Shown here: piece by piece, positions 50,194 to 63,687 of the stretch
How positions within the stretch are numbered: the stretch's first letter is position 1
How the letters are laid out: the number at the start of each line of letters is the position of its first letter
Source of the DNA: Hydrolagus colliei
Lineage: Eukaryota
Assembly: GCA_035084275.1 (NCBI GenBank)
Contig: CM068749.1
Location: forward strand, 17,484,001-17,548,000
Length of the DNA stretch: 64,000 nt
Reading direction: 5' to 3'
Made by a program: the position numbers and the translations under genes
Notes under the pieces: generated by a model
The model's input: the letters and a program-made list of their open reading frames with translations, nothing else
Databases searched by the model: none
What the model was told of the DNA's origin: nothing

Positions 50194-52857
50194 GTGAGTA
50201 CTCTTGTTGTTGTTATTAGAAACACAGATGAAATAGTCAGATAATTCCAATCATTAAATTTCAAATGGATGGATCAGCCACTTGTCCAATTCACACGTGA
50301 TCCCGGAGGATTCTGGGTTTCATCATGGGTTAGCGAGTAGGGTGTTCCTCGTGGTCGAAACTATTTTTCCTTAAAAACCCAGTGACCATAATATTTAATG
50401 GTATGTACACATATGGTATAAGTGTTACAGGTTTAGAACATAATGTGTGCTGAAACCAGTATGACGCTGTTTTTTGGCACTAAACCAAAACCAGTTAATT
50501 AGAGCAGGTGGCTATTGAATTGCAAACTTAAAACGTTGCACTCGACCAAACCATAATAATACTGCAGCTTTGTCCAGGTTTTCTTTACACTACTTACCTT
50601 GATTGCTAACCTGGAATTTTCCTGATGGTTATTGCCACATTAGTAGGTGGTATCTTAATCCAGGTGTAATTAAATTAATTAGCTAGTTCACAGAAAATTA
50701 AATACTGGTGGTGGCGGGGGGGGGGACCAGAGGAAGAGTTGTTGTCACGGTAACGTGTTTTGCAAGGCATTTTGCCCCGATTGTGTGTGCAGTGGTTGTA
50801 TGACAAGGCAATCAGTAATATGATTGTATCATTACATTGACAAATATCTCAAGATCTGAAAACTTGTATCCATCAGTTTTGATGAAACTATATTTTTGAA
50901 AGAAATTTAAAAAATTGGCTCTTGAGGCAGGTCTATCGCCTTCTGCCGCGGCCAATATGGCAGGATTGCAGCAGATATTGTGGAGCATTCAAGCAGTTCC
51001 AGGAACTGAACCTGCCTGAAAACTCCCCCTGACACTGACAGCGCCAGTTTATATTCTGTACTAGTTAATCAAGGTGATGGGAAGGACAGCTTTCACTGCA
51101 GATGCATCGCAAACTAAACGCATGCGCGTGTGCACACAAACACACAAGCCTCTTAATTTATATACTCATACAAATAGGAATTTCCAGAGCATGGCTTATT
51201 TTGCCCTATGAGGGAACAGCAGTCCTTTTCAATACAGAGCTCTTCTCCCACCCTCCCCCACACTCTTTGGCCCCCTATACTCTTCCCTGTCTTTGGCAAA
51301 ATCTTTGCACTCAGCAGTGATACAATCATTCTCAGCAAATCAGTTCAATAAAGGAACAGAGCAGCTCGAAAGAGACAGCACTGATCTGTAATTCTTTGGG
51401 GAAGTCCAACATAGTGCATTTCTCATAACAGCCAAGTGTGCTAAATGGGCAAGGCGATTATTTAAGATTACGGCGTGTGTGAGATTTTTGCAAACCCTTG
51501 TGGAAATTGCGGTGGATCACAACCGAAGACAACACTCTTTTAGTTTCTGTCAAGAGTTCACTTATACTGCAGTAGTGTAATCTATCAATCTCTCAGAGGT
51601 GGAAGAACATGTTGTAAATTGCCACTCTAGTTTTACTTTGTAATTTCCCCTTATTTTCTCTCCTCACACAATCTTCCAGCGATGTTCAATCTTGATGCTT
51701 TCAATGTCATTTCCTTGTTTGTTCTGCACAAGGTGACCATGAACATTGGGAGATTATATTTTATTCAATTATTAGTTCCTCTCCCTCTCACCTTCTCCTC
51801 CCCACATACACATATACACAGGTAGATCAAACATAAGCCCACCTCTGTAAACCAGAGAACTATTCCCCCACTCCCTTGTTCACCCCCAACACCAGGATGA
51901 AATTAAGCGATGATATTGCTAACGATTGTCACACAACTAGCAAATGGGAATCACAAGAAAATGTGCAATTTGCCCTGTAAACACAGAGAGAGAAATTATT
52001 CCATCATATTTAACATGAAGCCAGTGCATCGGAAGTCTATGTGGCAACATTCTGGCATCACCTACTCAGTTCACTTTGGATTTGGAATTTACATTGTTCA
52101 TCATTGTTGCCCACTAGTCCTGAAGTCTACCAAAGCACCTACATTATCTGTCAGTGATTCTGGCAGAGATGCAAAGAGCGAGGACCTGACAGCACTGAGT
52201 TCTTCCCACTCCATCTGTTGACTGATAGGCCATAACTTGCAAATCCACTCGAGTGAGCAGACGTCACTGTTTGCTTGATTTACAAACAAGCCAGAAATTG
52301 ACAAATAGATACTATAATTGGAAATGGGACACTGCAGTAAAGGCAGCAAGGATAAGTAACAAAGTGATCATTTTGGGATGCTTTCAGCAGGGAATCTAGA
52401 AACAGCTCTATGAATTAAAGATGCCAAGGACTGGGAGATCAAAGTTAAGAGTGTTAACAGCAATGTGGTAGATGTCAACAGCCAGAGGAACTGAATAAAA
52501 GGGAATGGGATTGTCTTCCAGAATCTAAACCACAGGAGGTTTCCCAACTCCTAACTCACTATTAGCCTTGCACAGAAGAATGCAGACAGTAACCCTGAAA
52601 CACATTTGTAACAATCGTCTGACTCGGTAAATGCATGTTGCATTACTTGTTGTTTTGCAAAATAAGTTGTGAAGTTTTCATCTAAGATCCCTGTTAACCC
52701 CATCCCCAAAAGCAGTACCTAAAACAAGAGAATTCTTCATCAAACATAGCATTAGATTGAATGCAAAACCAAATTCTTGTTACATCTGCTTGCTGTTGTG
52801 AAGGATTTTGGTTGTCCTTGCTTAATTTTCTTTCTGTGTGTTCGGCTTGATAATGGA

Positions 52858-52920
52858 AAGACAACAACAACTTTGATTTATATAGCGCTCTCTATGCCGG
52901 ACGTGCCTCTATCACAGACA
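52858..52920 (-). mobile_element. L2/SINE 3' tail
   Basis: ACAACAACAACTTTGATTTATATAGCGC. Confidence 0.6.
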
Positions 52921-55184
52921 CTAACGCTAGCTTGTGTAAGGCTCCAAACCTCAGGCAAAAACTTTTTGTGCTTCAGCTTGGACATTGATCGTCAGCAAGC
53001 AATACAATCATAAAAAGGTTTGTAGTTCAGCCCAATTCTGTTCTTACCTGACATCCACATGCACATACTTTCTAGTGGGAGGACAGTACCACTACAAAGT
53101 GATTTGCAGAGGTAGAAGGGAAACAGGAGATAAAATAATTGCTCGAGGAAAGTTCGCCAGTGAGGTGAGGTACAAGAATTTTGCGGCATCTTACCTAAAA
53201 GTTAGTCCAGCCAAATCAATTCCCCACCTTGAGTTAAGTCTCTTTCTGACAGCTCTGTTAGAGGAGAGAGTGTTTTGAAATGGGTACAACGCTGCTATTG
53301 CTTTTACTGCAGCTACAGCGTAAGCATTATTTGTCCCATAGTTGCAGTGTTCAGACATATGGGAGACAATTGGTCTCCTCATTTTCATCCAATTGTTTGT
53401 TAACTCTCCCTGCAGTGCATTTCTAAGTCACCCCACAGAGGGAACTAAACTGTTGATAAAATAGAAAAACAGTGAAATGAATCTTTGTCGTTTTTTCAGA
53501 TGGAACACATTCTTAATTTTTTTTAGAAAAGTTGAAGTTTTTCCCCTCCTTATCAAAGATAATTGGCTATGAACTCTGGGATTCATAAAGCATAATAGCA
53601 GTTTCCAAACGCAGGTGGGTGTAGAAATCTTTCCTTTCTAGAGGACGTACAGAGGTCACCTCCCACTGAACTGCCCAAACCACCAAGAATAGTAGATACC
53701 ACAGCTGCAACCTATTACTGGATAGCCAAGGATATCATACACACAATTTCAGGAAATTTGATGGTCACTTTCTGAACCAGTGTATGATTAAAAAAAATTA
53801 TTTCATTTCTACCACAAGACCAGAAATTCTAACCCAATCAAATCCCCTAAACCACCTACTTTAAAAGTAAAACTGCTGAAAAATAAGTTAATCTAAGATA
53901 AATCAAACTCATTTCCAGCCCGAGACATCAGAACCATGAACACTGCTAACATGTGACGTGATATATGCACAGTGTTAAAGGGCGTGTTCTTTCAAAGAAT
54001 AAATTTTGGCAATGCCATCTCTGGCCTGAGGTAGGCTCAATTAGGTTAATTTACAATATTTGCAAATAAATGCAAAAGAGACTAAGTTTGGATTACTAAA
54101 GCTTCCTAATTTATCTGGCTCTATAATCTATCATTGCCCACCACAGACCAATCTTGCACATCATTTACCTGTAATTATTTTTTAAATACAATGAAGTCCT
54201 GTAATAAGAATAAACTATATTTTCAATAAAGGTGTTTTTGTAAGCATGGCACGTCCATATGACAAGGCTCCATTGTTAATTAAATTATCAGAGGTATTCA
54301 TGGCTAGACCTATGACTCCAGAAAGCCATTGCCCAGAATGTAATTTTGTTCACAAATCAGCCTTGTGGCGGTTTTGTCTGAAAAAGTGATTTTGAACACT
54401 CGTGGCTTCAAGAGGCCTACAATTTTTTATAGTCACTTGAGGGTTTTCCCTCTCATTAGAAATGAATGTTTTCATAGTGAGGAGAGAGAGAAAAAAGAAT
54501 ACAATGACGTTGAAGGTATAAAAGTTGGTGCATTTTGAACCCACAAGGAAAGATGTGAAAAGTTTCTGAACCATAAATTAATTCATTGTTGGATTTAAAA
54601 AGAAAAATGACCCCATTTATGTTAAAACGCTGCTAATTTCATTCTGAAGTAATATTTTAAAAGTGTCCATTTACATGCTATAGAATTAAAGAATATTTAT
54701 TGATATCCCAGTCATGCATTTATTCCATAAAGGGTTCAGGAAGGAGGGGAGATCAATAAATTCTGTCAAAGAAAAGTTGAACTGAGGTGTGAACAGATGG
54801 CTGTGAACTTATTGCCAAAGAGCACAAACTGAATGAAGGTGTGAAAAGATTATAACAGTAACAGTTGTGCTTACAAAGTCTGGAAAAGCACTTTTCAATG
54901 CAGATTAAATATTAAAAGCTGGAAAATGTCGATTGACAAAATGGCAACATCTGGTATACAAAATAGTGTTATGTTTGTAGTTCTTGACTTTTTTTCACTG
55001 AAATCTATGAACTGTGTAATGATAAGAGGCCAAATTATCATCGAAGTTAATTAAAAAACAGTTTTTTTTAAATATGTTAAATAAATACTTAGTTCAAACC
55101 ATATGAAATATCATCACATGTACCACAAAGCTTGTTTGAATCTCCATGGAGCTGTGTTACACGAAATTTGAAATGGGTTCTAAT

Positions 55185-55595
55185 CAGCTCCACTAATGGC
55201 TGTCCATTATGAAACAGTGATACACACCCTATAGTTCATGGTTTAGCCCTATCTGTGCTGGACATTGATCTCACTTGGGCCATTGCCACTACAAGCACTG
55301 CAAGCCACTGGGAGAGGGAAGAAACCAAAATAGCCATAATTCCTCAACATCCAATCATTGTGTAATGATCCCAGCTGTCTCCAGTGAAGCATGTGTGTAC
55401 GGACATTGGGTTAGGAATGGGTCAGGCACTTGCTTTGATAAGCCCCATGGTCAAATAGCCTGCCAACCTTGCCTTGTGTGTAGGCCAACATATGAAGAAA
55501 GACAACTTGGCTAATGTACTGAAGGATGCCAAGCAGTACTGCAGCTATCCTTCAGAATGAATCAGTGCCCTCAGGATATTGGAGAGAAATAAATA
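55185..55595 (+). mobile_element. Ancient SINE family B, near full length
   Basis: CAGCTCCACTAATGGCT head, TCTGTGCTG..TGATCTCA, GCATGTGTGTACGGACATTGGGT, CCCCATGGTCAAATAGCCTGCCAAC, CATATGAAGAA, TCAGTGCCCTCAGGA. Confidence 0.75.
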
Positions 55596-55894
55596 GCTGC
55601 TTTTTGTGGCAATTGTCATATTGTATGTTGACAATTTCATTGATTTCTGATTTCACGTTTTAAAACTATACAACGTAAAATCTGAAATGTGGAAGAGTGC
55701 GTAAGATTTTCTATGAGTTCATGGCATGGCTATTAACAATGCTACTGAATACTATACATAGTCTCTGCTTCCTTCCTGTTAGGGAAAGAAAGAGCCCATG
55801 GTACTCAGCAATACTGGCCATCGAATGACTCCTGCTGAAACTGTTCTTGTCTGAACAGTGAGAATTAACATAAAGATTTTCTGCCTGGTAAGTT

Positions 55895-56055
55895 GTACGG
55901 CTACAACTGAAGGTCGTGGGTTCAAGTGCCATGTCAGGATTTTGAGCTCACTGTCAAGGCTGATACTCCAACGCAGTGCATAAAATAAAAGTGTCATTGA
56001 CTTCTTGGCTGTGTGTGAGACATTGCTGTGTGTAAATTGGCAGCTACATTTGCAT
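55895..56055 (+). mobile_element. Internally deleted SacSINE1-like DeuSINE
   Basis: GAAGGTCGTGGGTTCAAGT...AGGCTGATACTCCA joined to GACATTGCTGTGTGTAAATTGGCAGC. Confidence 0.75.
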
Positions 56056-56058
56056 TTA

Positions 56059-56443
56059 TCAGCTTGGCGCAGTTGTAGCACTCTCACCTCTGAGCCAGAA
56101 AGTTGTGGGTTGGGACTTGGAATCATATCATCCAAACTGACACTCCAACGTAGAGCTGGGGGAGTGTTGTATTCATGGAGGTACTCATCCTTTGGAGGAA
56201 ACATTAAACCAAGGTTCCATCTGCCTTTTCATGGCACTATTTGGAAAGAGAAGGGATGTTCTGTCGGTGTCCTGGCCTACAATAAAATTGGTCACTCACT
56301 CCATAGTTTGTGGGACAAATGGCTGTTGAATTTCACCAAAACAATACACAGTCACTACACTTTACAATATATTCTGTGATGTATTTGAGACTTCTCAAAT
56401 GCCCGATAAGGTGTCATTATCAAATACAAGGATTATTATTATT
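56059..56443 (+). mobile_element. Near full-length SacSINE1-like DeuSINE (family C)
   Basis: TCAGCTTGGCGCAGTTGTAGCACTCTCACCTCTGAGCCAGAAAGTTGTGGGTT head, Deu body, tail with (TTA)n. Confidence 0.9.
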
Positions 56444-56469
56444 TAATACTGTATTATTATAGTTACAAA

Positions 56470-56545
56470 ATTTACAGAAAGTCTCTGTAAAGCATTTAGA
56501 AAAATTTCAATGTGATAAGATGCTACATCAAATGCAAGGTTTATC
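56470..56545 (+). mobile_element. Additional SINE/L2 tail
   Basis: CTGTAAAGCATTTAG...GTGATAAGATGCTACATCAAATGCAAGG. Confidence 0.7.
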
Positions 56546-58867
56546 ATACAACTCATGTGAATGAGACAATACATTTTCTAACTGGTTAACATTCATTTAA
56601 TAAATGCCTTATTCATATAAAATGCTTTAATCGAGCAGAGTGAATATCTTGCATCGTACAGTGGAAGGAAAGAGTACAAATAGTATGCGCTATCTGTCCA
56701 ATAATATTTATTCCGTCCTCTTTTTCTTTAGCAGTAAATGAAACGAGAATTGAAAAAATAAATTTCTTTCAACAGCAAGGATAAAAATGACCACCCGAGC
56801 AGGGTCATGTAGTTTGACTGGTGACCCTTGACATGAGCAGGATATGAGCCTCTATGTAGCACTGTGGGAGTTTTACTGCTTATTTGGCACACGTATCTGG
56901 TGCCAGTGTGAAATAAAAAAGCCAGATTTCATCAACCAGGGGCCACTGTTTGTACAGATTGGTTTGGTTTCTGGAGAGCAATCCAGTCATGGATTGCTCT
57001 CTCCACAAAAAGTTTTTTCTATAGAGTTGTATTCATTTAATTGTACCCATAGTTGCCCATTAGCAGTGTTGTTCTACATCCCTATGGTAATTATTAGGAA
57101 TTCAATTGCTGGCTGGCAAACAATTCCAATATGTGTGGCCGTAAGTAAGTACTGTAGTTCGCTTTGCTTTCAGTTAAACCATTGGGAAGGTCATCTTGTA
57201 AAGATGGCATGTTTTACCTTGCCAGACAAAATTATTGCGGCAGGTCATGGGAAAGCACTGTGACCCTGTTCATTGCTATCTTTTGGTTGAAGCACCCAAA
57301 GTGAAATGTAACAGAAATGATGAGAACAATCTTTGTGGTCTATACTGCAGCAACTTTTAATTAATAAAGGATTCCAGAGTACGACAGGTTGAAACATCCC
57401 CCTTTTCTTCACATTTCTCATTAAGGAATTAAGAAATTAATTAATTAAGGAATTCCTCTCAAAGCCACCACATGTTTAATACCCCCCCACCTCCCACACA
57501 CACACACGCAATAGTAGCATTAATTTTTATATCTGCAAAATTGTCCTTTGTATTTGCTGGTCTCCAACTGTATGAGAAGATATTAAAAAGAAAGGTTTCA
57601 AAAATCTTAAATAAATTAACATTTAATGCAATTACGATGTACCCTATTTCCCAGTGAGGGCACATACGACCTTAAAATATAAGTCTAATTATACTCATCA
57701 ATAATATGAAACCTTAGATTTACAATGAGTTCTCCCAAAGGGAAAGAGTGACCCTTTTCCAGCGCCATTTAAGAATAAGTTGATAAAGGTAAAAATGAGC
57801 TGCTGTTACCTGAGGGATATTTTAGTAATGAAACAATGTGTTTCAGAGCAGCTGTTAATGGCTGATGAGGCAGACATTTTGCTCCCAAGAGGCATGATCA
57901 TTACAAGAATTTATCATATTTACAGTAAGGGGCTTAAAAAATTGTCCTCGTCTTAATATTTCTAGTTCAAAAGTGCAAGAAGTGTAAAAAACTGTGAGCC
58001 CAGCTTTATCTTTCTGCTGGCACTGCGACGCACTTGTCTGCTGTTGGATACGCTCAGGTGGATGACGCTTGGCTGACATGAGAGTAGATTCAAACAAATG
58101 TGTACCGAAGATCATAAATTCAGCATTAAAATAGTCAAACAGAGGCAGTAATCGCAAAGAGCGCATCTGCTGATTTCTGCATGATGGAATAAAGTGCATT
58201 TCTTAAGCATAAAAGAAAGTTAAAATGCATTCATTTTTGTGCTCGGTTTATGCGTAAAATAGGTAAGCATATTGTATTTGCTAACCATAAGGAAAACTAT
58301 ACCGATCATTCTAAGTAATACTAACCTTCTACTTAGATCTGATTAGCCGCATTTTCCCTTTTCTTTCCCCCCGCATATTGCAGTCATGGCTCATGTATCT
58401 GTCTTTTATCCATACCAAGTCCTTAATAATCTGTCACAGTACATAAAGTATTTTAATTTAAATTGTTAATCCAGGATTCTTGTTTATTCAGCACACTGTG
58501 GAAATGAAAAATGTGATCAGATTATCCAGTTGTGCTTCTGGAAGCTTAGGTAAGCTTCTGTACAATGAAGCATTCTAAACTGAACAATACTTTCATTAGT
58601 ATAATGTGATTTCAAAAATCGCAGAAGATTTGCATAAATATTTGAACAAATACAAAGGAAAAAGCAGAACATTAATTCAGAGCCATTAGATATAACACAA
58701 ATGATATTTTAGGTTATCCTTCATTGTGCGATCACTGCGAATAGGCACTTAGGAACTGGCTGCACATGAAGACCAAGTAACATAGTTAGAGAAGTTTGTT
58801 TTAGCAGATGTTGTTTGGATTAAATGTTCATGGTGCAATTGCTTGCTGCTTATACTTCAACTGTACT

Positions 58868-59246
58868 AATAATAATAATCTTTATATATGATATAGCACC
58901 TTCCATGTCAGAAGGATGCCTCAAAGTGCTTTGTGTATTTGTGGCTGTGTATCTTGATGGTGAACATGGGAGCCAATTTGCACATAGCAATGTCCCACAA
59001 ATAACTATGAAGTGAATGAACAATTTTATTTGTATGGATTCTTGGTGAAGACATGAGAAGAATCTCCCATCTCTTTTTGATAGTGCCATGAGATTTTTAA
59101 TATTCACCTGAACAGGTAGAGAGAGGAGCTTGGTGTCATAACTGAAGGATGTGATACCTCCCCAGCACTGAATATAGACCTTGGGCTTGCACCAAGAACC
59201 TTCTGACTCAGCGTTGAGAATTCTAACAATTGAGCCTGGCTGACTC
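58868..59246 (-). mobile_element. Near full-length SacSINE1-like DeuSINE (family C)
   Basis: Minus strand GAGTCAGCCAGGCTCAATTG...CTGAGTCAGAAGGTT...ATCTCATGGCACTATC...TTTGTGGGACATTGCTATGTGCAAATTGGCT, then tail. Confidence 0.88.
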
Positions 59247-59329
59247 ACACAATCGCACAGATCTAAATCTATGATCAGGGGTCCAGTCCACCCAGTCTCG
59301 TGTTTTATTAAATAAAGAATCCTGTTCTA

Positions 59330-59530
59330 GCTGTTGTATTCCAACTTTGGAACTCCCTCCCTCAACGCCTTTGCCTCGCCCCCTCCTTCCCTATCTTCAG
59401 GTCGCACCTCTTCGACTGCACTTACGGTCACCTTCCCCTAATCCCTGCCCGTTTTCGGGCTCCTCCATTGATAAGCACTTTCAGACACCGCCTGGCATGG
59501 AGGGCATTATATAAATGCAAATAGTTGTCG
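59330..59530 (+). mobile_element. L2 3' end
   Basis: PTLWNSLPQ-like TTTGGAACTCCCTCCCTCAA, CACCTCTTCGAC, tail GAGGGCATTATATAAATGCAA. Confidence 0.88.
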
Positions 59531-59704
59531 ATGTTTTGCTCGTATTCAGATGTTTTGCTCATGTCTTTTTCCAATAAGTGATTGTTACTCATAATGTTAT
59601 TGTTCTCTGGCTTAGCATCAACAACCATTTTAATCATCAAAAGGCTTAGTATTAGTGATAATTCCAAATGCTTTGATAATGCATTACAATGGAAAAGGGC
59701 CAAC

Positions 59705-59958
59705 CTTTTCTTATCTCGGTGCTCTTCAAGGCAGCTACTCAGGACTGCAATATAGTTTCACAAGCAGCAGCAGTGTCTCACTGGTTTTCTGACTAAGTGA
59801 TCATTCCTCAAGTGTGAACCTGAACAATTCATTTCTATAGGTAGATCAGTCTATCACAGTTGGACTCAGCTTTATTCTCACCCTGTTTGTACATACTCAC
59901 AAAGCTGGTAGGGGCACTGGATAACATTCAGTAATGAGAATATTAGTTGAGAATATTG
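59705..59958 (-). mobile_element. Ancient SINE family B, 3' half
   Basis: Minus strand GTTATCCAGTGCCCCTACCAGC...GGGTGAGAATAAA...GGTTCACACTTGAGGAATGATCACTT. Confidence 0.55.
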
Positions 59959-59959
59959 C

Positions 59960-60428
59960 CCCCACATTCTCACCCGCACTAAATTCGGCACCCCAATTAA
60001 CCCTGTCTTTGCCAAACTCAACTGGCTCTCGATCACAGAGCAGATCAACTTCTTGACCTTACTTTAGTGTTTAAATCCCTCCACACCTTGGTGCTCTACT
60101 TTCTCTCCAACCTGTTCTCTCTTCACATCACTCTCTGTTGCGTCTGCCCTATTGGTTTCTGCATTCTCCTTGTCCCTCGAATCCTCCACTTCACCATCAG
60201 TGGCTGTGCTTTAGCCACTGCACGCCGAAGTTATGGAACTCCCTCCTCAATCCACGCACCTTGCCTCCTCTTTCCCCATTTTCAGGTTGTGCCTGAAGAC
60301 ATTCCTTTTTGACTGTGCCTATGGTCGCCATCCCCCTCCCACTGGCTCAAGATCAGGAACCACCATTGTTAAGCGCTTTGGGATGCCGCCTGGCGTGGAG
60401 GGTGCTATATAAATATTATTGTTGTTTT
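59960..60428 (+). mobile_element. L2 LINE 3' fragment
   Basis: HILTRTKFGTPINPVFAKLNWL, VFKSLHTL..YFLSNL, PKLWNSL, LKTFLFD across frameshifts; tail AAGCGCTTTGGGATG...GGTGCTATATAAAT. Confidence 0.92.
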
Positions 60429-63400
60429 TTTCCTCCATCAGTCCCATTGTCACCCTGTTACACTCAGGAAGGACCTAAGATGAAATTTGGATCTTTCCCA
60501 ATCTATATAATGAAAACACTAGTTAGAATATGGAAGTACAAAGAAAACTTAAGTTAAACCCTGGAGTTTGAATTCTTTGATGTTTACATGAACAAACTGA
60601 AGTTAATACACATAACTCCACTTTGTGTTCTTACATTCAAATCCAAGATATCCCGTAGTTGACGATGCAACTGAAAACACAAAATCACAGCATGAACAGC
60701 AGCCCAATGATACTACTTAGCTGCAATGGTATCCCTTTAATCTGGATATGGGCAGCATATTTACTTGGCATAGCTTCACCATATTGCTACTCCTTAGTAC
60801 AGTACCTGGATAAGGGCAACCGTACAGTAGCAGGAACTCACCATATTCAGATTTTCTATTGACAGGGTAATGGTACCAGTTCAGTGGTATTAACTCACCA
60901 TACCTATGTTCCTTATTACAAGAATATGGCCAATAAGGTTCAAAAGTCCCTCGCTCTGTGCTTGGATCACATACACAGGATGAAACCCTGGGTCTGAATA
61001 TGTTGTAATTCTGCTTTAAAATCAGGATTCAGGCTTTCAGATTCACTCCAGAACATACTTTCAGTCATTGGCACAACTCATCTCTGTCTAATTGTGTTGG
61101 ACACCATCTCTTAGTTCACCTATAAAGTCATTAATGAGAGCATTTCAGCTCTAAACTAATTAATTCTTGTAATGTCCTTTGCAAAGCTATTCTTTTAATT
61201 TAGCTAGAATAAAGCACTAGTGTCATCGTTAGTGTTTAGACTCAGCCAGACTCTGTCTATTCATTTGTGCCAGTAATTGCCGGTCATACCCTCCCTAATG
61301 GACATTGCAGTCTAGTGCTTACTGTCAGAATAACAGCCATTTCCTGACTCTAACAGCCCCTTTTGTGTGAAGCTGGGAGAAAGTGTCAGTATTGAAAGAA
61401 TAAATGATTTTGCTTCAATCAGGCTGTTATAGAAATTTCTGTTTACAGCAGAATGACACAGGCAATGACTAAATGGACAGCGCATATCCCATCCCCTTCC
61501 CCCCACCCCAGGTCTTGCCATAGCCAGGACTAGAAACAATCAACAGCAAGTCAAGCATTCCTTGCTACTGTGATTACTACAGCTATAAAACTGATTATAT
61601 GGCCACTGACAATAAGATGCATTCTGAACATCCTGTTAGAGCTTCAATTATTGTACTTATCTGATAGCACCTCAACTCCAAACCCCCTATCTTGGGACAA
61701 AAAAACCAGAAGGGAAGAAAACAAGTTAAATAGCACACCCTATATACTTAACAAGAAGTCAATTCAGCAGTGAGACCACAATTAAAATGGCCATGGTTCT
61801 TCCAACTGAAAAACAGTGATATTGTTGTTCCCATTTAGTTAATCATTTAAATAGTAGATTTGCCCTGAATCGGAAAGTACAGCATTGAAATCTGTTTTAC
61901 AGTTCTGCAGAGAAATAAATACCTCCCTTCTCCAATTACTAACATACCACTCACAACTCAATAGCTGCAGGAAGTTATTTCTGCAGATGTTACACAATAA
62001 AATAGGAGAGCCGTAAGGTGCCCATGTGCAATAGGCTTCAAAGGGTTAAACCACAGTATTCCTTTTCCAGTGTTGTTGCCCCGATTGATAGATTTGATAA
62101 ACTACTAACAAGTGACCTTTGTGTACACCTGCTGCCTTCAAAGCAACAGTGTCAGCATGCAGATTGCTGTACTCCGCCAAACAAAACCAACTTTGAACCG
62201 ATTAAAAACTAAATTGAAATACATTTATTAGAGGAATGAAAACAGGGACATTGCACATATTTTTAAATAGCTTTAAATGCAATCATGTGAAAAGCTATAC
62301 CTCTAATATCTTAAAGCTAACAAAAAATACAATTATCATCTTCTGTAATGCTAAAATCTGCAACTTCCAAACAATTACTGGTAATGTACATTGCCCTCCT
62401 TTTCATTTAACTGCTAGGAAATTAGACCAACATACCACATATACAAAAAAAGTATGAAAGAAACTCTTGTTTTAGTGTTGCCAGCTAGGTTTCACCAAGC
62501 CCTACATTATCTACTCACAGCTTTAATGACTTCCTGCTGAGAACGACTCTGTGAAAGTCTTGGCAGCAGGACTAAGAATAGCATTAAATGGAAGGTTATC
62601 TGGGCATTACACTCGCTGTAACATGCAATTAACTCTCCTCTTCCATTTTCATTACACAATTATTCATTAATGTCAATTTAATTTTATGCATTGTTCTACA
62701 TGACCGATGGCTGATTACGGGCCTTTCACTTCAATATCCCAAGTTAACTGGTGCCAGCTTCAGTCAGTGCTGGCTAATTGCAACTTAGTCCAGACAATTC
62801 CTCCCATTTTTGCCCTCCAGTAATGGAACAACAAATCCCTAGCCAGGTAAGGAATTTAACAGCTATTTAGTTGAGTTGGAGCTCTAGCACATTAAGGTAA
62901 CTCTGACCCTTTGCAGTATCTCATCACTAAAAGCATACTTTCCAGCTTCATTCACTTCCAGCCAGCTATCGTTAACCCTTCTGATTTTATTAGCGGATGG
63001 CAGTGAGGAATTAGCAGCACAATGCTCGGAGCACAATACAGTCATGGACGAAACAAATACTTAGGAATTTTGATGAGGGTGGGGTGAATAATAGATAATT
63101 AAATCCACTTTTTGGGGCACATTGAAAATAACAGACAATGTCATGTACAGGTCAAAGCCAAGACAGCAATTCCAGACTCTAGTAAATTTCTTGTAAGCAC
63201 ATGTACAAAGAATGTTTACATTCTCAAAAAAACACTAAATGGTTTATTATCTAAATGACCCAGTCAGAATGACTTTGCAGTGCTGAATGGTATATTGTGT
63301 GCGCATTTGGAGTAACAGTTTGAAGAACTGATTCAGGCCAACAAACATGATCCACTTACTATAATATTAACCAAATATAACAGACTCTTCAATTCCAATG

Positions 63401-63522
63401 CATTTTCCCCCACCCCCTTTTATATTCAATGGTTTTCACAGAAGTAAATAGCTATGAGATTAATGGACTAACAAAATAATGGACTACAGCCCAAGTCAGA
63501 ATGAATGATGGAGGAAAAACTT

Positions 63523-63665
63523 CCAGGGCGCACTGAGGTCACGTTCAACAACCCCACCATCCTCCCAGCTGATACCCATTCACTCAGTGCAGATTGGGCA
63601 ATTAAACCTTGACTGCAGGTTCAGTACTGCATCATCCTGTGCATTTGTCCACTGAGCCATTGTAC
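63523..63665 (-). mobile_element. Ancient SINE family B, 5' part
   Basis: Minus strand ATGGCTCAGTGGACAAATGCAC (A box)...GGTTTAATTGCCCAATCTGCACTGAGTGAA...CCTCAGTGCGCCCTGG. Confidence 0.6.
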
Positions 63666-63687
63666 AGGCCTTCAAACCCTTCCTCAA

